This document shows positions 27,284 to 36,483 of a stretch of 42,762 nt of DNA, in pieces (position 1 is the stretch's first letter; every line of letters begins with the position of its first letter). The stretch lies in contig JBDTTA010000003.1 of the NCBI GenBank assembly GCA_039930845.1, forward strand, positions 1 through 42,762. The letters run 5' to 3'. A model generated the notes under the pieces. It was not told the DNA's origin. It ran no database searches and was given only the letters and a program-made list of their open reading frames with translations. Source of the stretch: Gemmatimonadales bacterium. Its GTDB lineage: Bacteria > Gemmatimonadota > Gemmatimonadetes > Gemmatimonadales > GWC2-71-9. A program made the translations under genes and the position numbers.

Positions 27284-29100
27284 TGGGCGCCCTGTACGGT
27301 ATCCTGGGAGACGCGTCCGAAGCCGAGATGACCTCGATGGGCGCCCGGCTCTCCCATCGCGGGGAGACGGGCGCGAGCTGGTCGCCGAGCGCCTCGATCC
27401 ACCTGGGGGTGCGCGGCTCGGCCCGCGCGGTTCAGCGGCAGGCGCAGGGAAACCTGGCGTTCGACGGTGCCATCGACAATCGCCGGGAGCTCGGGCGATT
27501 GCTGGGGCGTCCACGCCCCGAAGAGCTGGGATCGGACGACGACGCCGTGCTCCTGCACGAGCTGGTCGGAACCCTGGGGGTCGAGGGGCTGGCGCAGGTG
27601 GCGGGCCAGTTCGCCGCCGCCGTATGGGTGCCGGCAAAGTCGCGGCTGATCCTGGTGCGCGATCGGATCGGGTACGCTCCGCTGTACTTCGCGCTCGACC
27701 AGGGGCGCGTGATCTTCGCGAGCGAATACAAGGCGCTGCTCGCGATCGCAGGCATTCCCGCCACACCCAATCGTGACGCGCTGCAGACCATCCACGCCAC
27801 CAAGTGGACGAAGGCCGGCGCGACCTGTCTCGCGGGCGTGTACCCCGTCGCACCCGGCTGTTGCGTGGAGCTGGAGGCCGGGACGATGCGGAGCGCGCGA
27901 TACTGGGACATCCCCGTACGCGTGGTGCACGAGGATGAGGGCCGGCACGCGGCCCATCTGCGGGAGGTGTTCCTCCAGACGCTGAGCGACCAGATCGCGC
28001 CCTATTCGCGGATCGGGATCTCGCTGAGCGGGGGGCTCGACTCCGCGGTCATGGCGGCGGGGGTGCGGCACGTCGCCGGGCCGCGGGAGGTCCACACCTT
28101 CTCCGTCGGCTACGGACCGGACGACCGCGAGCTCGTCAATGCCGGACGAGTGGCCGAGGAACTGGGCACGGCCCACCATCCCCTGGTGATGAGCCCGGGA
28201 GATCTGCCGGGCATTCTTCCGTGGATGATCTGGCACATCGAGGAGCCGATCGGGCGGGAGGACGTCGCGTATCTCTACGTGGCCGCGCGCGAGGCGGCAC
28301 GATTCGTCGAGCTGGTGGTGACCGGATTCGGATTCGACGGGCTCTTTGCCGGGTTACCCCGTCACCGGCTGGCCGACCTCGGCATCAAGTTCCCCGCGGT
28401 CCGCGGACCGCTGGAGGAGTTTTACGACTATACCTTCCGGAGCGTCGAGCCACATTCCCTCCTCGGCAAGGCGCTTCGCGGAAGCTACTTCCGCGGCCGT
28501 GAATTCCCCGCGCCCGAGGTGCTGGGCGCGGCACCGATGTCACCATTCTCCGGGTTTTCATCCGGTGGTAACCAGCCGCTCACGAATTTCCTGCGCCGCG
28601 GCTTTCTCACACTGCCATATCAGTCGCCGGTGGAGCGGCTCTACGCCGGCGCCGGTGTCCGGATGAACGCCCATCACACCGACCCCAGATTCATCGAGGC
28701 AGCGTTTTCGATTCCCGACCGGCTCAAGATTCACGGCCGGACCCAGAAATACATTCTGCGGAAGGCGTGCGCAGGATTGATCTCGGATTCGATTCTGGCA
28801 ACGGGAAAGAGCTTCAACCGGCTCAAGCATGACACGGAGATGAGTGAGGTGCTCGATGCCATGGCCGATACCCTCCTGGCTCCGGCGCTGCTCCTCGAGC
28901 GAGGCTTGTTCGATCCCGTGTACGTCGGCCGGCTCAGGCAGCGTCCGGCCGGAACGGCGTACAGCCAGGAGCGGGCGTACCGGCTGTGGTCGCTTCTCCT
29001 GACGGAGCTATGGAGCCAGGCGTTCCTCGATCGGCGCGGCGCGGCGCCGGAGGTGGCCCTGCCCCCGATCCGGAGTCTCGAGACCGCCGCTCACAGGTAG
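27283..29100 (+). CDS. Asparagine synthetase-like ATP-dependent amide ligase lacking the N-terminal Cys
   Basis: 'HRG', 'RDRIG..PLYF', 'FASEYKAL', 'SLSGGLDS', 'EEP', 'KYILR', 'LWSLL..ELW'; begins MGALYG rather than MCGI. Confidence 0.88.
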   Translation: MGALYGILGDASEAEMTSMGARLSHRGETGASWSPSASIHLGVRGSARAVQRQAQGNLAFDGAIDNRRELGRLLGRPRPEELGSDDDAVLLHELVGTLGVEGLAQVAGQFAAAVWVPAKSRLILVRDRIGYAPLYFALDQGRVIFASEYKALLAIAGIPATPNRDALQTIHATKWTKAGATCLAGVYPVAPGCCVELEAGTMRSARYWDIPVRVVHEDEGRHAAHLREVFLQTLSDQIAPYSRIGISLSGGLDSAVMAAGVRHVAGPREVHTFSVGYGPDDRELVNAGRVAEELGTAHHPLVMSPGDLPGILPWMIWHIEEPIGREDVAYLYVAAREAARFVELVVTGFGFDGLFAGLPRHRLADLGIKFPAVRGPLEEFYDYTFRSVEPHSLLGKALRGSYFRGREFPAPEVLGAAPMSPFSGFSSGGNQPLTNFLRRGFLTLPYQSPVERLYAGAGVRMNAHHTDPRFIEAAFSIPDRLKIHGRTQKYILRKACAGLISDSILATGKSFNRLKHDTEMSEVLDAMADTLLAPALLLERGLFDPVYVGRLRQRPAGTAYSQERAYRLWSLLLTELWSQAFLDRRGAAPEVALPPIRSLETAAHR

Positions 29101-30074
29101 CCCTTCTCGTGGTACCAGGCGCCGGTGCGCGTGAGCCCTTCGGCCAGCGGGATTTTCGGGACGTACCCGAGCTCCTGCCTTGCGCGGGTGATGTCGAACG
29201 CCCGATTCTGACGATACCAATCGACGCGGCGCGGGAAGATCGGGGGCGTGATGCCGAATGGCTTGCAGATCTTTTCGCAGACATGTCCCACGGCCACCAC
29301 GGGCCAGACGGGATAGTGCGGGATGCGGACCTCGACACCGAGCGCGCGGGCCACTTCTCGCACGATGTGCTCGATGGGGTAGTACTCCTGGTCGGCGATC
29401 AGGTAATCCCTGCCGTCTCCCGCCCCCCGCGGCATGCAGAGAATGAATGCGTCCACCAGATTGTCGACGTAGAGCGGGTGATAGAGCGTGCGTCCGCTTC
29501 CGAACATCGGAAAGGTGCCCCTGGAAACGCGCTTGAAGATCATGTAGAAGCGCTCCGGGTCGCCGGGCCCGTAGATCGCCGCGGGACGCACGACGACGGT
29601 CTCCATGCGCCCCTGCCCGAGCTGCTTCACGAGCGGCTCGGCTTCGTACTTGGTCCGCTGGTAGTAGTCGGCCGGCTGAATGGGTGCATCCTCCGACGCC
29701 GGCGGATGGTCGACGTTGCCATGCACTCCGCAGGTGCTGCAGTACACGAACTTCCAGACCCCGGCCCTGAGCGCGGCCTCCATGACCATGCGGGTGCCGC
29801 CCACGTTCACCTCGTCGTAGAACGAGTTGGGGACGTTGAGCTCACGGAACGCCGCCGCCAGGTGAAAGACGAATTCGACGCCGCGCATGCTGCGCTCCAC
29901 GGCGGCTGCATCGGTCACAGACCCGATCACCACCTCGGCCCCCATCGCCCGGAGGGTGTCGCAGGCGAGCCCCTCCTTGTAGTCCAGGGCGACCACGGAG
30001 TGGCCTTCCCTGCACAGGCGCTCGACCAGAGCCGTGCCGGTGAATCCGGTCCCGCCCGTGACGAGAATTCGCAT
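29091..30074 (-). CDS. NAD-dependent epimerase/dehydratase (extended SDR)
   Basis: 'VTGGTGFTG', 'HLAA', 'YQRTK', 'RPAAIYGPGD'. Confidence 0.93.
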   Translation of the reverse strand: MRILVTGGTGFTGTALVERLCREGHSVVALDYKEGLACDTLRAMGAEVVIGSVTDAAAVERSMRGVEFVFHLAAAFRELNVPNSFYDEVNVGGTRMVMEAALRAGVWKFVYCSTCGVHGNVDHPPASEDAPIQPADYYQRTKYEAEPLVKQLGQGRMETVVVRPAAIYGPGDPERFYMIFKRVSRGTFPMFGSGRTLYHPLYVDNLVDAFILCMPRGAGDGRDYLIADQEYYPIEHIVREVARALGVEVRIPHYPVWPVVAVGHVCEKICKPFGITPPIFPRRVDWYRQNRAFDITRARQELGYVPKIPLAEGLTRTGAWYHEKGYL

Positions 30075-30180
30075 CTATCGCTCCCGGTGATCGGAGTAGA
30101 ATGGGCGACGCGGCGGCGCAGCCGGCCTCGCGGCGTCAACGCGGTGGACTGTAGTCGAGGCCGCCGCTAGCTTCAACCCA

Positions 30181-30948
30181 ATGACGGCCGCAGGGAGACC
30201 GATCCGTGAAGATGCGGACATCGAATCCTCCTCCGACCGATACGCCGGCCGGTTTGCCGGACCTGTCGGCGAGTGGTTTCTCGATGTCCAGGCCAAGATC
30301 ACACTCGACTGTCTGTCCGGGCTCCCGTCCGGCGCCGGCATTCTTGATGTCGGCGGCGGCCACGCCCAGGTGGCGCCGGCGCTGATCGGCGCCGGCTTCG
30401 CCGTTACCGTGGTGGGCAGTGATCCTTCCTGCGCCCACCGGCTCGCTCCATGGATCGACCGCGGCGAGTGCAGTTATCACACCGCCGACCTCCTCGCCCT
30501 CCCCTTTTCCGACCAGCAATTCGACGCCGTGGTCTGCTACCGGCTTCTCGCCCACAGCATCGACTGGCCCCGGCTCATCGGAGAGCTGTGCCGTGTCGCG
30601 CGCAGACGGGTCGTGGTGGACTATCCCAGCCGCCGGAGCCTCAATCTGATTTCGGACGGGCTTTTTGTCGCGAAGCAGCGGCTCGAAGGTGGTACCACAC
30701 GCCGGTTCCTGCTGTTCGCACCGAAGGCCGTCCGGCTCGCCTTCGAGCAACGCGGATTCGACATCGCCGCGGAGGCGCCCCAGTTCCTCGTACCGATGGT
30801 GCTGCACCGTTTCCTCCGCTCGGCGGGGCTCAGCCAGGCGATCGAAGCGCCGGGTCGCCTGCTCGGGCTGACCCGCTGGCTCGGCTCTCCCGTCATCGTG
30901 CGGGCCGACAGAGCTGGCCCGTCGCGCGGGGATCATGCCGCGGAATGA
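30181..30948 (+). CDS. Class I SAM-dependent methyltransferase
   Basis: 'ILDVGGG', 'ADLLALPFSDQQFDAV', 'ELCRVAR'. Confidence 0.88.
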   Translation: MTAAGRPIREDADIESSSDRYAGRFAGPVGEWFLDVQAKITLDCLSGLPSGAGILDVGGGHAQVAPALIGAGFAVTVVGSDPSCAHRLAPWIDRGECSYHTADLLALPFSDQQFDAVVCYRLLAHSIDWPRLIGELCRVARRRVVVDYPSRRSLNLISDGLFVAKQRLEGGTTRRFLLFAPKAVRLAFEQRGFDIAAEAPQFLVPMVLHRFLRSAGLSQAIEAPGRLLGLTRWLGSPVIVRADRAGPSRGDHAAE

Positions 30949-32221
30949 CGGCGAGCGCGGACCCGCGTGGGCCACCGCCGGCGCGCTGACACTCCTCGTC
31001 ACCATCCTGTGCATTACGCTCTACCCCGTGCCCGAGGCCGCCGAGGCCGCCGCGGCAACTCCCCTGCTCTGTCTGGTCTGCGGTCCCCGGGGCGGGAGCG
31101 ACATCTTCCTCAACGTGCTCATGCTGGTGCCGCTCGGCCTCTGCCTGCGCCTTGCCGGGTGGAGCTGGACGCGCGCCACGATTTCCTGCGGCCTGCTTTC
31201 GCTGGGCATCGAGACGCTTCAGTACTTCTGGATTCCCGGGCGGGACGCGAGCCTGAGCGACGTGCTGAGCAATACGACCGGCGCGGCGATCGGTGCGGCG
31301 TTCGCGCCGCATCTTGGAACGGTGCTCGCTCCCGGGCAGCGCGGGGCGCGACGGCTTCTCCTGATCGGCCTCGGCACATGGCTCGGCGTGGCGCTGCTCT
31401 CCTCGTGGGCCATCCTGCCCTGGAACGATGGGGGCCGGGCCCTGAGCGAGCGCCCTGAGCGGACCACGCTTCACGATGCGTTCACGGGGGTGCTTCGCCG
31501 CGTGCTCGTGTCGGGACATTCTGTTGATGCCGGCCCGCTGGACCGCCACAGCTCCCATCGGGTGCACGAGCTGCTCGCATCCGAACGGATCGACATCGAG
31601 GTCGAGGTCGTCTCCCAGCGGCCCGTGAACTACGGCACCTGGATTTACCGCCTGCGGACCGGCGCTGGAGTCCTCATGATCGGCCAGCATGGCCGCGATC
31701 TGACGCTGGAGGTGCCGAGGCGCTCCGCGATGCTGGGGGTGGCGGGCCCGAGGCTTCGGCTCGCCGACGGCGCGCCTGCGACGGCGGGTGTGCCATTTAC
31801 GGTGACGGCAGGGGAGCGAGGGTCCCATCTCTGGATCGAGTCCACGGTCAACGACCGCGTTCGCCGCGCCGATCTCCAGCTTGCCCCGACGATGGCGTGG
31901 GCACTCCCGGTGCCATTCGACTACGCGATGGGACCCGAGGCGCGGTTCCTCACCTGGATCTGGCTGGCGGCGCTCATGCTGCCGCTCGGGTGCTGGGCGG
32001 CGTACTCCGGCAGGGTGGCCGTCCCGGCTGTTGTCCTCGCTCTGGCCATCGGGGCCGGTCTCGGCCTGGTTCCATGGCTCCTGGAAACCGGCCCGGTGCC
32101 TGTGCGGGACTGGGCAGCGGCGGTGGCGGGTGCCGTGGCCGGGTGGGCCGCCGGGGCACTCGCGGCTTATCTTGTAACGCGATGCGGCTCACCTTCCGCC
32201 AGCGAATCCTCCTCATCCTGA
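30935..32221 (+). CDS. VanZ-like family membrane protein with a C-terminal extension
   Basis: 'DIFLNVLMLVPLG', 'SLGIE.LQ...PGR.ASLSDV..NT.GA'. Confidence 0.8.
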   Translation: MPRNDGERGPAWATAGALTLLVTILCITLYPVPEAAEAAAATPLLCLVCGPRGGSDIFLNVLMLVPLGLCLRLAGWSWTRATISCGLLSLGIETLQYFWIPGRDASLSDVLSNTTGAAIGAAFAPHLGTVLAPGQRGARRLLLIGLGTWLGVALLSSWAILPWNDGGRALSERPERTTLHDAFTGVLRRVLVSGHSVDAGPLDRHSSHRVHELLASERIDIEVEVVSQRPVNYGTWIYRLRTGAGVLMIGQHGRDLTLEVPRRSAMLGVAGPRLRLADGAPATAGVPFTVTAGERGSHLWIESTVNDRVRRADLQLAPTMAWALPVPFDYAMGPEARFLTWIWLAALMLPLGCWAAYSGRVAVPAVVLALAIGAGLGLVPWLLETGPVPVRDWAAAVAGAVAGWAAGALAAYLVTRCGSPSASESSSS

Positions 32222-33369
32222 TCTGTCTCGGCGCAGTCCCCACCGCCGTGGCGGTCCTCGGCTGGGGATTCACTCTCCGATCCACCACGCCGGCCGCCGG
32301 AGCCAGGAACGCGCTCGAGGCGGTTGGCGCGTCCGGACGAGCGTTGCTGCACACCCTCGACTCGACCCGGCTTGCACCCCCCGAGCGGCGAGCGCTCGCC
32401 GATCACGCCACCAAGCTCAACACCGCGCTCGTCCGCTTTCAGCGGGCCGAGACATTCGGCCGCTACTACTACGCCGGCCTCGCCCTGGTGGTGTTTCTCG
32501 CGGGGGCCGCATTCCTCTATGCCTCGGTGCGATTGGGCGGACATCTCTCGCGCCAGCTCAGCCGGCCCATCGAGGAGCTGATCGGCTGGACAGGTCACAT
32601 CAGACGGAACGAGTCCCTGCCACCCGATCGCCCTCGCCGCGGCGCGCCGGAGTTCGAAGCGCTGCGAAGGGCGCTCCGGGAAATGGCCGACGCGCTCGAC
32701 CGCGCGCGCATGCAGGAAATCGAAGCGGAGCGACTCCGCGCTTTTCGCGAGACGGCGCGCCGGGTGGCCCACGAGATGCGGAATCCGCTGACGCCGATGC
32801 GGCTCGCCGTGTCGCAGCTCTCGCGGGCGCCGTCACCGGGACAGCATGAGGCGGTCGAAGTCCTGATCGCGGAGACCGGACGCCTGGAGCAGCTCGCCCG
32901 CGAGTTCACCGAATTCGGACGGTTGCCGGAGGGACCGGCGGCGCAGGTGGACATTCCCGAGCTCCTGACGGAGCTCGCGCGCACCAGCCTCCCACCGGCA
33001 ATGACGATTCGCACCGAGCTCGACCCGGGCATGCCGACGCTGCTCGGTCACTACGACCCGCTGCGCCGTGCCTTCGGCAACATCCTCCGCAACGCCGTCG
33101 AAGCATGTGACGGACAGGGCGCAATCGAGATCATCGCCGGGCCCGACGAGGGCGCCGGTGTGCGCGTGGAGATCCGCGATCACGGTCCTGGAATCCCGCA
33201 GGAGCTGCGTGGGCGGCTCTTCGACCCCTACACGACGGCCAAGAGCGGCGGCACCGGCCTCGGGCTCGCCCTGGCGAAGCAGACATTCGACATGCACCGG
33301 GGATCGGTCGAGGCGGTGGATACTCCGGGCGGCGGCGCCACGTTCGTCATCCGCATGCGGGGCCGGTGA
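32182..33369 (+). CDS. Membrane sensor histidine kinase (HAMP-HisKA-HATPase), NtrY-like
   Basis: Two TMs, HAMP 'LSRPI..L', 'RETARRVAHEMRNPLTP', 'EFGRLP', 'DHGPGI', 'GTGLGLA'. Confidence 0.92.
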   Translation: MRLTFRQRILLILICLGAVPTAVAVLGWGFTLRSTTPAAGARNALEAVGASGRALLHTLDSTRLAPPERRALADHATKLNTALVRFQRAETFGRYYYAGLALVVFLAGAAFLYASVRLGGHLSRQLSRPIEELIGWTGHIRRNESLPPDRPRRGAPEFEALRRALREMADALDRARMQEIEAERLRAFRETARRVAHEMRNPLTPMRLAVSQLSRAPSPGQHEAVEVLIAETGRLEQLAREFTEFGRLPEGPAAQVDIPELLTELARTSLPPAMTIRTELDPGMPTLLGHYDPLRRAFGNILRNAVEACDGQGAIEIIAGPDEGAGVRVEIRDHGPGIPQELRGRLFDPYTTAKSGGTGLGLALAKQTFDMHRGSVEAVDTPGGGATFVIRMRGR

Positions 33370-33374
33370 GCGGG

Positions 33375-34727
33375 ATGCCGGCCCAGGTGCTGCTGGTGGA
33401 CGACGAAGTGAACATCCGCCGCATGCTCGGCGCGCTGCTCCGCGAAGCGGGAATCACCGTGGCGGAGGCGCCGAATGGGAACGCGGCGATCCTCCAGATC
33501 GACGACGTCGATCCCGACGTGATCCTGCTCGATCTGCTGATGCCGCCCGGTCCCGACGGCATCGAGACGCTGGTGCGCCTCCGTGAGCGGGGCCGCACCA
33601 TGCCGGTCATCATGATGAGCGGGAAGGCGCAGCTCACCGACGCAGTGCGCGCCGTCAAGCTCGGCGCCTTCCAGTTCCTCGAGAAACCGCTCACACCCGA
33701 ATCCGTCCTGGTGACGGTGCGCGCCGCGCTGGAGCTCAACCGCGCGCGCGCCGAAAATCGCGCGCTCCAGGCCGAGCTCTCACGGCGGGGGATCCTGGTC
33801 GGAGAGAGCGCCGCGATCCAGCAGGTCCGCGCGCTGGTGGCCCGCGTCGCCTCCACCGAGGCGCGGGTGCTCATCACCGGGGAATCGGGCACCGGCAAGG
33901 AGCTGGTGGCGACGGCGGTGCACGCCGCAAGCCGACGCTCGGAGCGTGCCTTCGTCACCGTGAACTGTGCCGCCATTCCGCGCGACCTGGTGGAGTCGGA
34001 GATGTTCGGACACGAGCGGGGCTCGTTCACCGGCGCCACGGAGCGGCGGCTCGGCCGCTTCGAGCTGGCGCACGCCGGAACGCTCTTCCTCGACGAGATC
34101 GGCGACCTGAGCGCGGAGGCGCAGGCCAAGCTCCTCCGTACGCTCGAGAGCGGCGAGCTCCAGCGGATCGGCGCGGAGACCTCGGTCCAGGTGGACGTGC
34201 GGATCGTCGCCGCCACCAACCGCCGCCTCGAAGACGAGGTGAGTGAGGGAAATTTCCGGGAGGACCTGTACTTCCGTCTCCACGTGTTCCCTATTCATCT
34301 CCCGGCCCTGCGGGAGCATCTCGAGGACCTGCCGGCGCTGGTCGCCTACCTGGCGGAGCGGGTGCGGCCACGCCAGGCGGCGGTGTTCACCCCTGGCGCG
34401 CTCGACGTGCTCAAGGCGTACACCTGGCCGGGCAATGTGCGCGAGCTGGCCAATCTCGTCGAGCGGCTGAGCATTCTCAGCGGGCCTGTGGTGGATGCGC
34501 ACGATGTTCGTGCGGTGCTCCGTGAGGGCCCTCCCCCTCCCGCCGCGATCACCGCGTCGGGACGTCCGCTCGCCGACGCGCTGGATGACTTCGAGCGCTC
34601 GCTGATCGCGGCCGCGCTCGCGCAGGCCCGCGGAAATGTCGCCGAGACGGCGCGGGTGCTCCGCACCGACCGCGCGAATCTCTACCGGCGGATGCGACGG
34701 CTGGGGCTCGACAAACGAGACGAGTGA
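33375..34727 (+). CDS. sigma54-type response regulator, NtrX-like
   Basis: 'LVDDE', 'LLDL.M', 'GESGTGKE', 'GSFTGA', 'LFLDEIG', 'WPGNVREL', HTH 'RANLYRRM'; alternative GTG start at 33366. Confidence 0.93.
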   Translation: MPAQVLLVDDEVNIRRMLGALLREAGITVAEAPNGNAAILQIDDVDPDVILLDLLMPPGPDGIETLVRLRERGRTMPVIMMSGKAQLTDAVRAVKLGAFQFLEKPLTPESVLVTVRAALELNRARAENRALQAELSRRGILVGESAAIQQVRALVARVASTEARVLITGESGTGKELVATAVHAASRRSERAFVTVNCAAIPRDLVESEMFGHERGSFTGATERRLGRFELAHAGTLFLDEIGDLSAEAQAKLLRTLESGELQRIGAETSVQVDVRIVAATNRRLEDEVSEGNFREDLYFRLHVFPIHLPALREHLEDLPALVAYLAERVRPRQAAVFTPGALDVLKAYTWPGNVRELANLVERLSILSGPVVDAHDVRAVLREGPPPPAAITASGRPLADALDDFERSLIAAALAQARGNVAETARVLRTDRANLYRRMRRLGLDKRDE

Positions 34728-34755
34728 CGGGTACCTCTCAGTCCGCGGGAGCCGC

Positions 34756-36483
34756 ATGCGATTCCTCCTCCTGATACTCGCCGTGACGCTGGTCCCCGCC
34801 CTCCGCGGGCAGGACAGCGTCATCGTCATTGATCCGGACGCGCCTCCGGGCGACTCGACGATCGTGCGGGGCGGGCCCCCGGCGGGAGTGGTCGCCGAGT
34901 TGATCGCGACATTCAATGACTCGGCGACAACGCGGATGCAGGGCGACGTGAACTTCCCGCCGGGAAGCTCCTTCTCGGGACGCCTCGCGCTCTTCCGGGG
35001 ATCACTCCGCCTCGCGGGACACGTGTCCGGGTCGGTCACGGTCATCAACGCCACCCTCTATCTCCTCCCGGGGGCCGACGTGCAGGGCGACATCCTGGTC
35101 GTCGGCGGACGGTTGATCCGGAGCGCGGGGACACGGCACGACGGTGAGGAGCGGGTCTTCTGGGACGCCGCGCCGGTGTTGCGACTGCCCGACGGAAGCC
35201 TCGTCATTCGCGACCGCCGGCGCCCGCTCGGCGAGCTCGCGACGGCGAGGACCACCTTCCAGACCGGGAAGGTTCGAACGACACTGTTCCTGGCGACGGG
35301 GGGGACGTACAACCGGGTCGAGGGGCTGCCGATCGTCTTTGGCCCGATCTTCGAGCTGCGCCCCTCGCGTGGATTGCTCGCACGGCTCGACCTGCGCGGC
35401 ATTCTCAGAACCGCCGGCGAGGGGTCACGGCTCACGAGCGACTTCGGCTACTCCGCGCGCGCCGAGCTGCGGCTGCGAAACGCGGGCATCGGGGGACGAG
35501 TCTACAGCGAGGTGGCCTCGATCGAGGATCGGCCCCTCTCCGCCGCCGAGAGCGGCTGGTCGGCATTTCTGCTGCAGCGCGACTACCACGACTATTTCGA
35601 GCGGCTCGGCGGGGAGGCGTACGCGTGGGTGCAGCCGCTCGCCCCGTTGCGTCTCGAAGCATCGATCAGGCGGGACCACGAGCGCTCCGTGCGCGCCACC
35701 GATCCGTGGTCGCTGCTCCGGAACAGCGACCGGTGGCGGCGGAACCCGCTCATCGACGACGGCCACTACTTCGTCACCGGGCTCGACGCGACGTACGATA
35801 CCCGCAATGAGCGCTCCCTCCCGAGCACCGGCTGGTATCTGCGCGGTCACTACGAACACGGCACCAGCGACGATCTGTTGCCGATCGCGCTCCCGGAGGT
35901 CGTTCGTCTGCCGATCCAGGTGGGCGGCGGGTACGGCTTCGACCGTCTGTCGCTCGATCTGCGCCGCTACTCGAGACTCACACCGTCGCTTCGGGTGAAC
36001 GGACGCCTCCTCGCCGATGGCTGGCTCGCCGGGTCGCGGCTGCCGATACAGCGGCGTGTCTCACTCGGCGGTCCGGGCCTGCTGCCCGGCTACGATTTCC
36101 GGGCGTTCACCTGCGCGCCGCATGGCTACGACGACCCATCGGCGCCGGCGCTCTGCGACCGGATGATCGCCGCACAGGTGGAGGTGAGAACCCGGCTCGG
36201 GCTCAACCTCGGCTACCGTCTGCCGGACAAGGAGGGCGGCTCCGGCGGTCGATTCATCGGCATCGAAGAGGCCGACCTCGTTTTCCTCGGTGACATGGGC
36301 AAGGCGTGGGTCGCCGGCGACGGGCCGGGGCAGGTGCCGGTCAGCCGAATACCGTCGCTCGACGAATGGAAGGTGGACGTCGGCGTCGGCCTCGATACGG
36401 GAGAGATCGGCGCCTACCTCGCGAAGGGGCTGTCCAGCGGCGGGCCGATCAAGTTCCTGGTCCGTCTCCAGCGCAGATTCTAG
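34756..36483 (+). CDS. Omp85/BamA-TamA-like outer-membrane beta-barrel protein
   Basis: Signal peptide; 'YNRVEG'; 'LGGPGLLPGY' loop-6-like motif; C-terminal Phe. Confidence 0.7.
   Translation: MRFLLLILAVTLVPALRGQDSVIVIDPDAPPGDSTIVRGGPPAGVVAELIATFNDSATTRMQGDVNFPPGSSFSGRLALFRGSLRLAGHVSGSVTVINATLYLLPGADVQGDILVVGGRLIRSAGTRHDGEERVFWDAAPVLRLPDGSLVIRDRRRPLGELATARTTFQTGKVRTTLFLATGGTYNRVEGLPIVFGPIFELRPSRGLLARLDLRGILRTAGEGSRLTSDFGYSARAELRLRNAGIGGRVYSEVASIEDRPLSAAESGWSAFLLQRDYHDYFERLGGEAYAWVQPLAPLRLEASIRRDHERSVRATDPWSLLRNSDRWRRNPLIDDGHYFVTGLDATYDTRNERSLPSTGWYLRGHYEHGTSDDLLPIALPEVVRLPIQVGGGYGFDRLSLDLRRYSRLTPSLRVNGRLLADGWLAGSRLPIQRRVSLGGPGLLPGYDFRAFTCAPHGYDDPSAPALCDRMIAAQVEVRTRLGLNLGYRLPDKEGGSGGRFIGIEEADLVFLGDMGKAWVAGDGPGQVPVSRIPSLDEWKVDVGVGLDTGEIGAYLAKGLSSGGPIKFLVRLQRRF

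Noticed and set aside
27236-29100. Lasso peptide cluster
   Set aside because: No RRE or leader peptidase (B proteins) is present, the peptide is too short for leader plus core, and the context is glycan biosynthesis
30935-32221. VanZ as glycopeptide resistance
   Set aside because: No vanHAX/RS genes are present; VanZ-like proteins are common near polysaccharide loci
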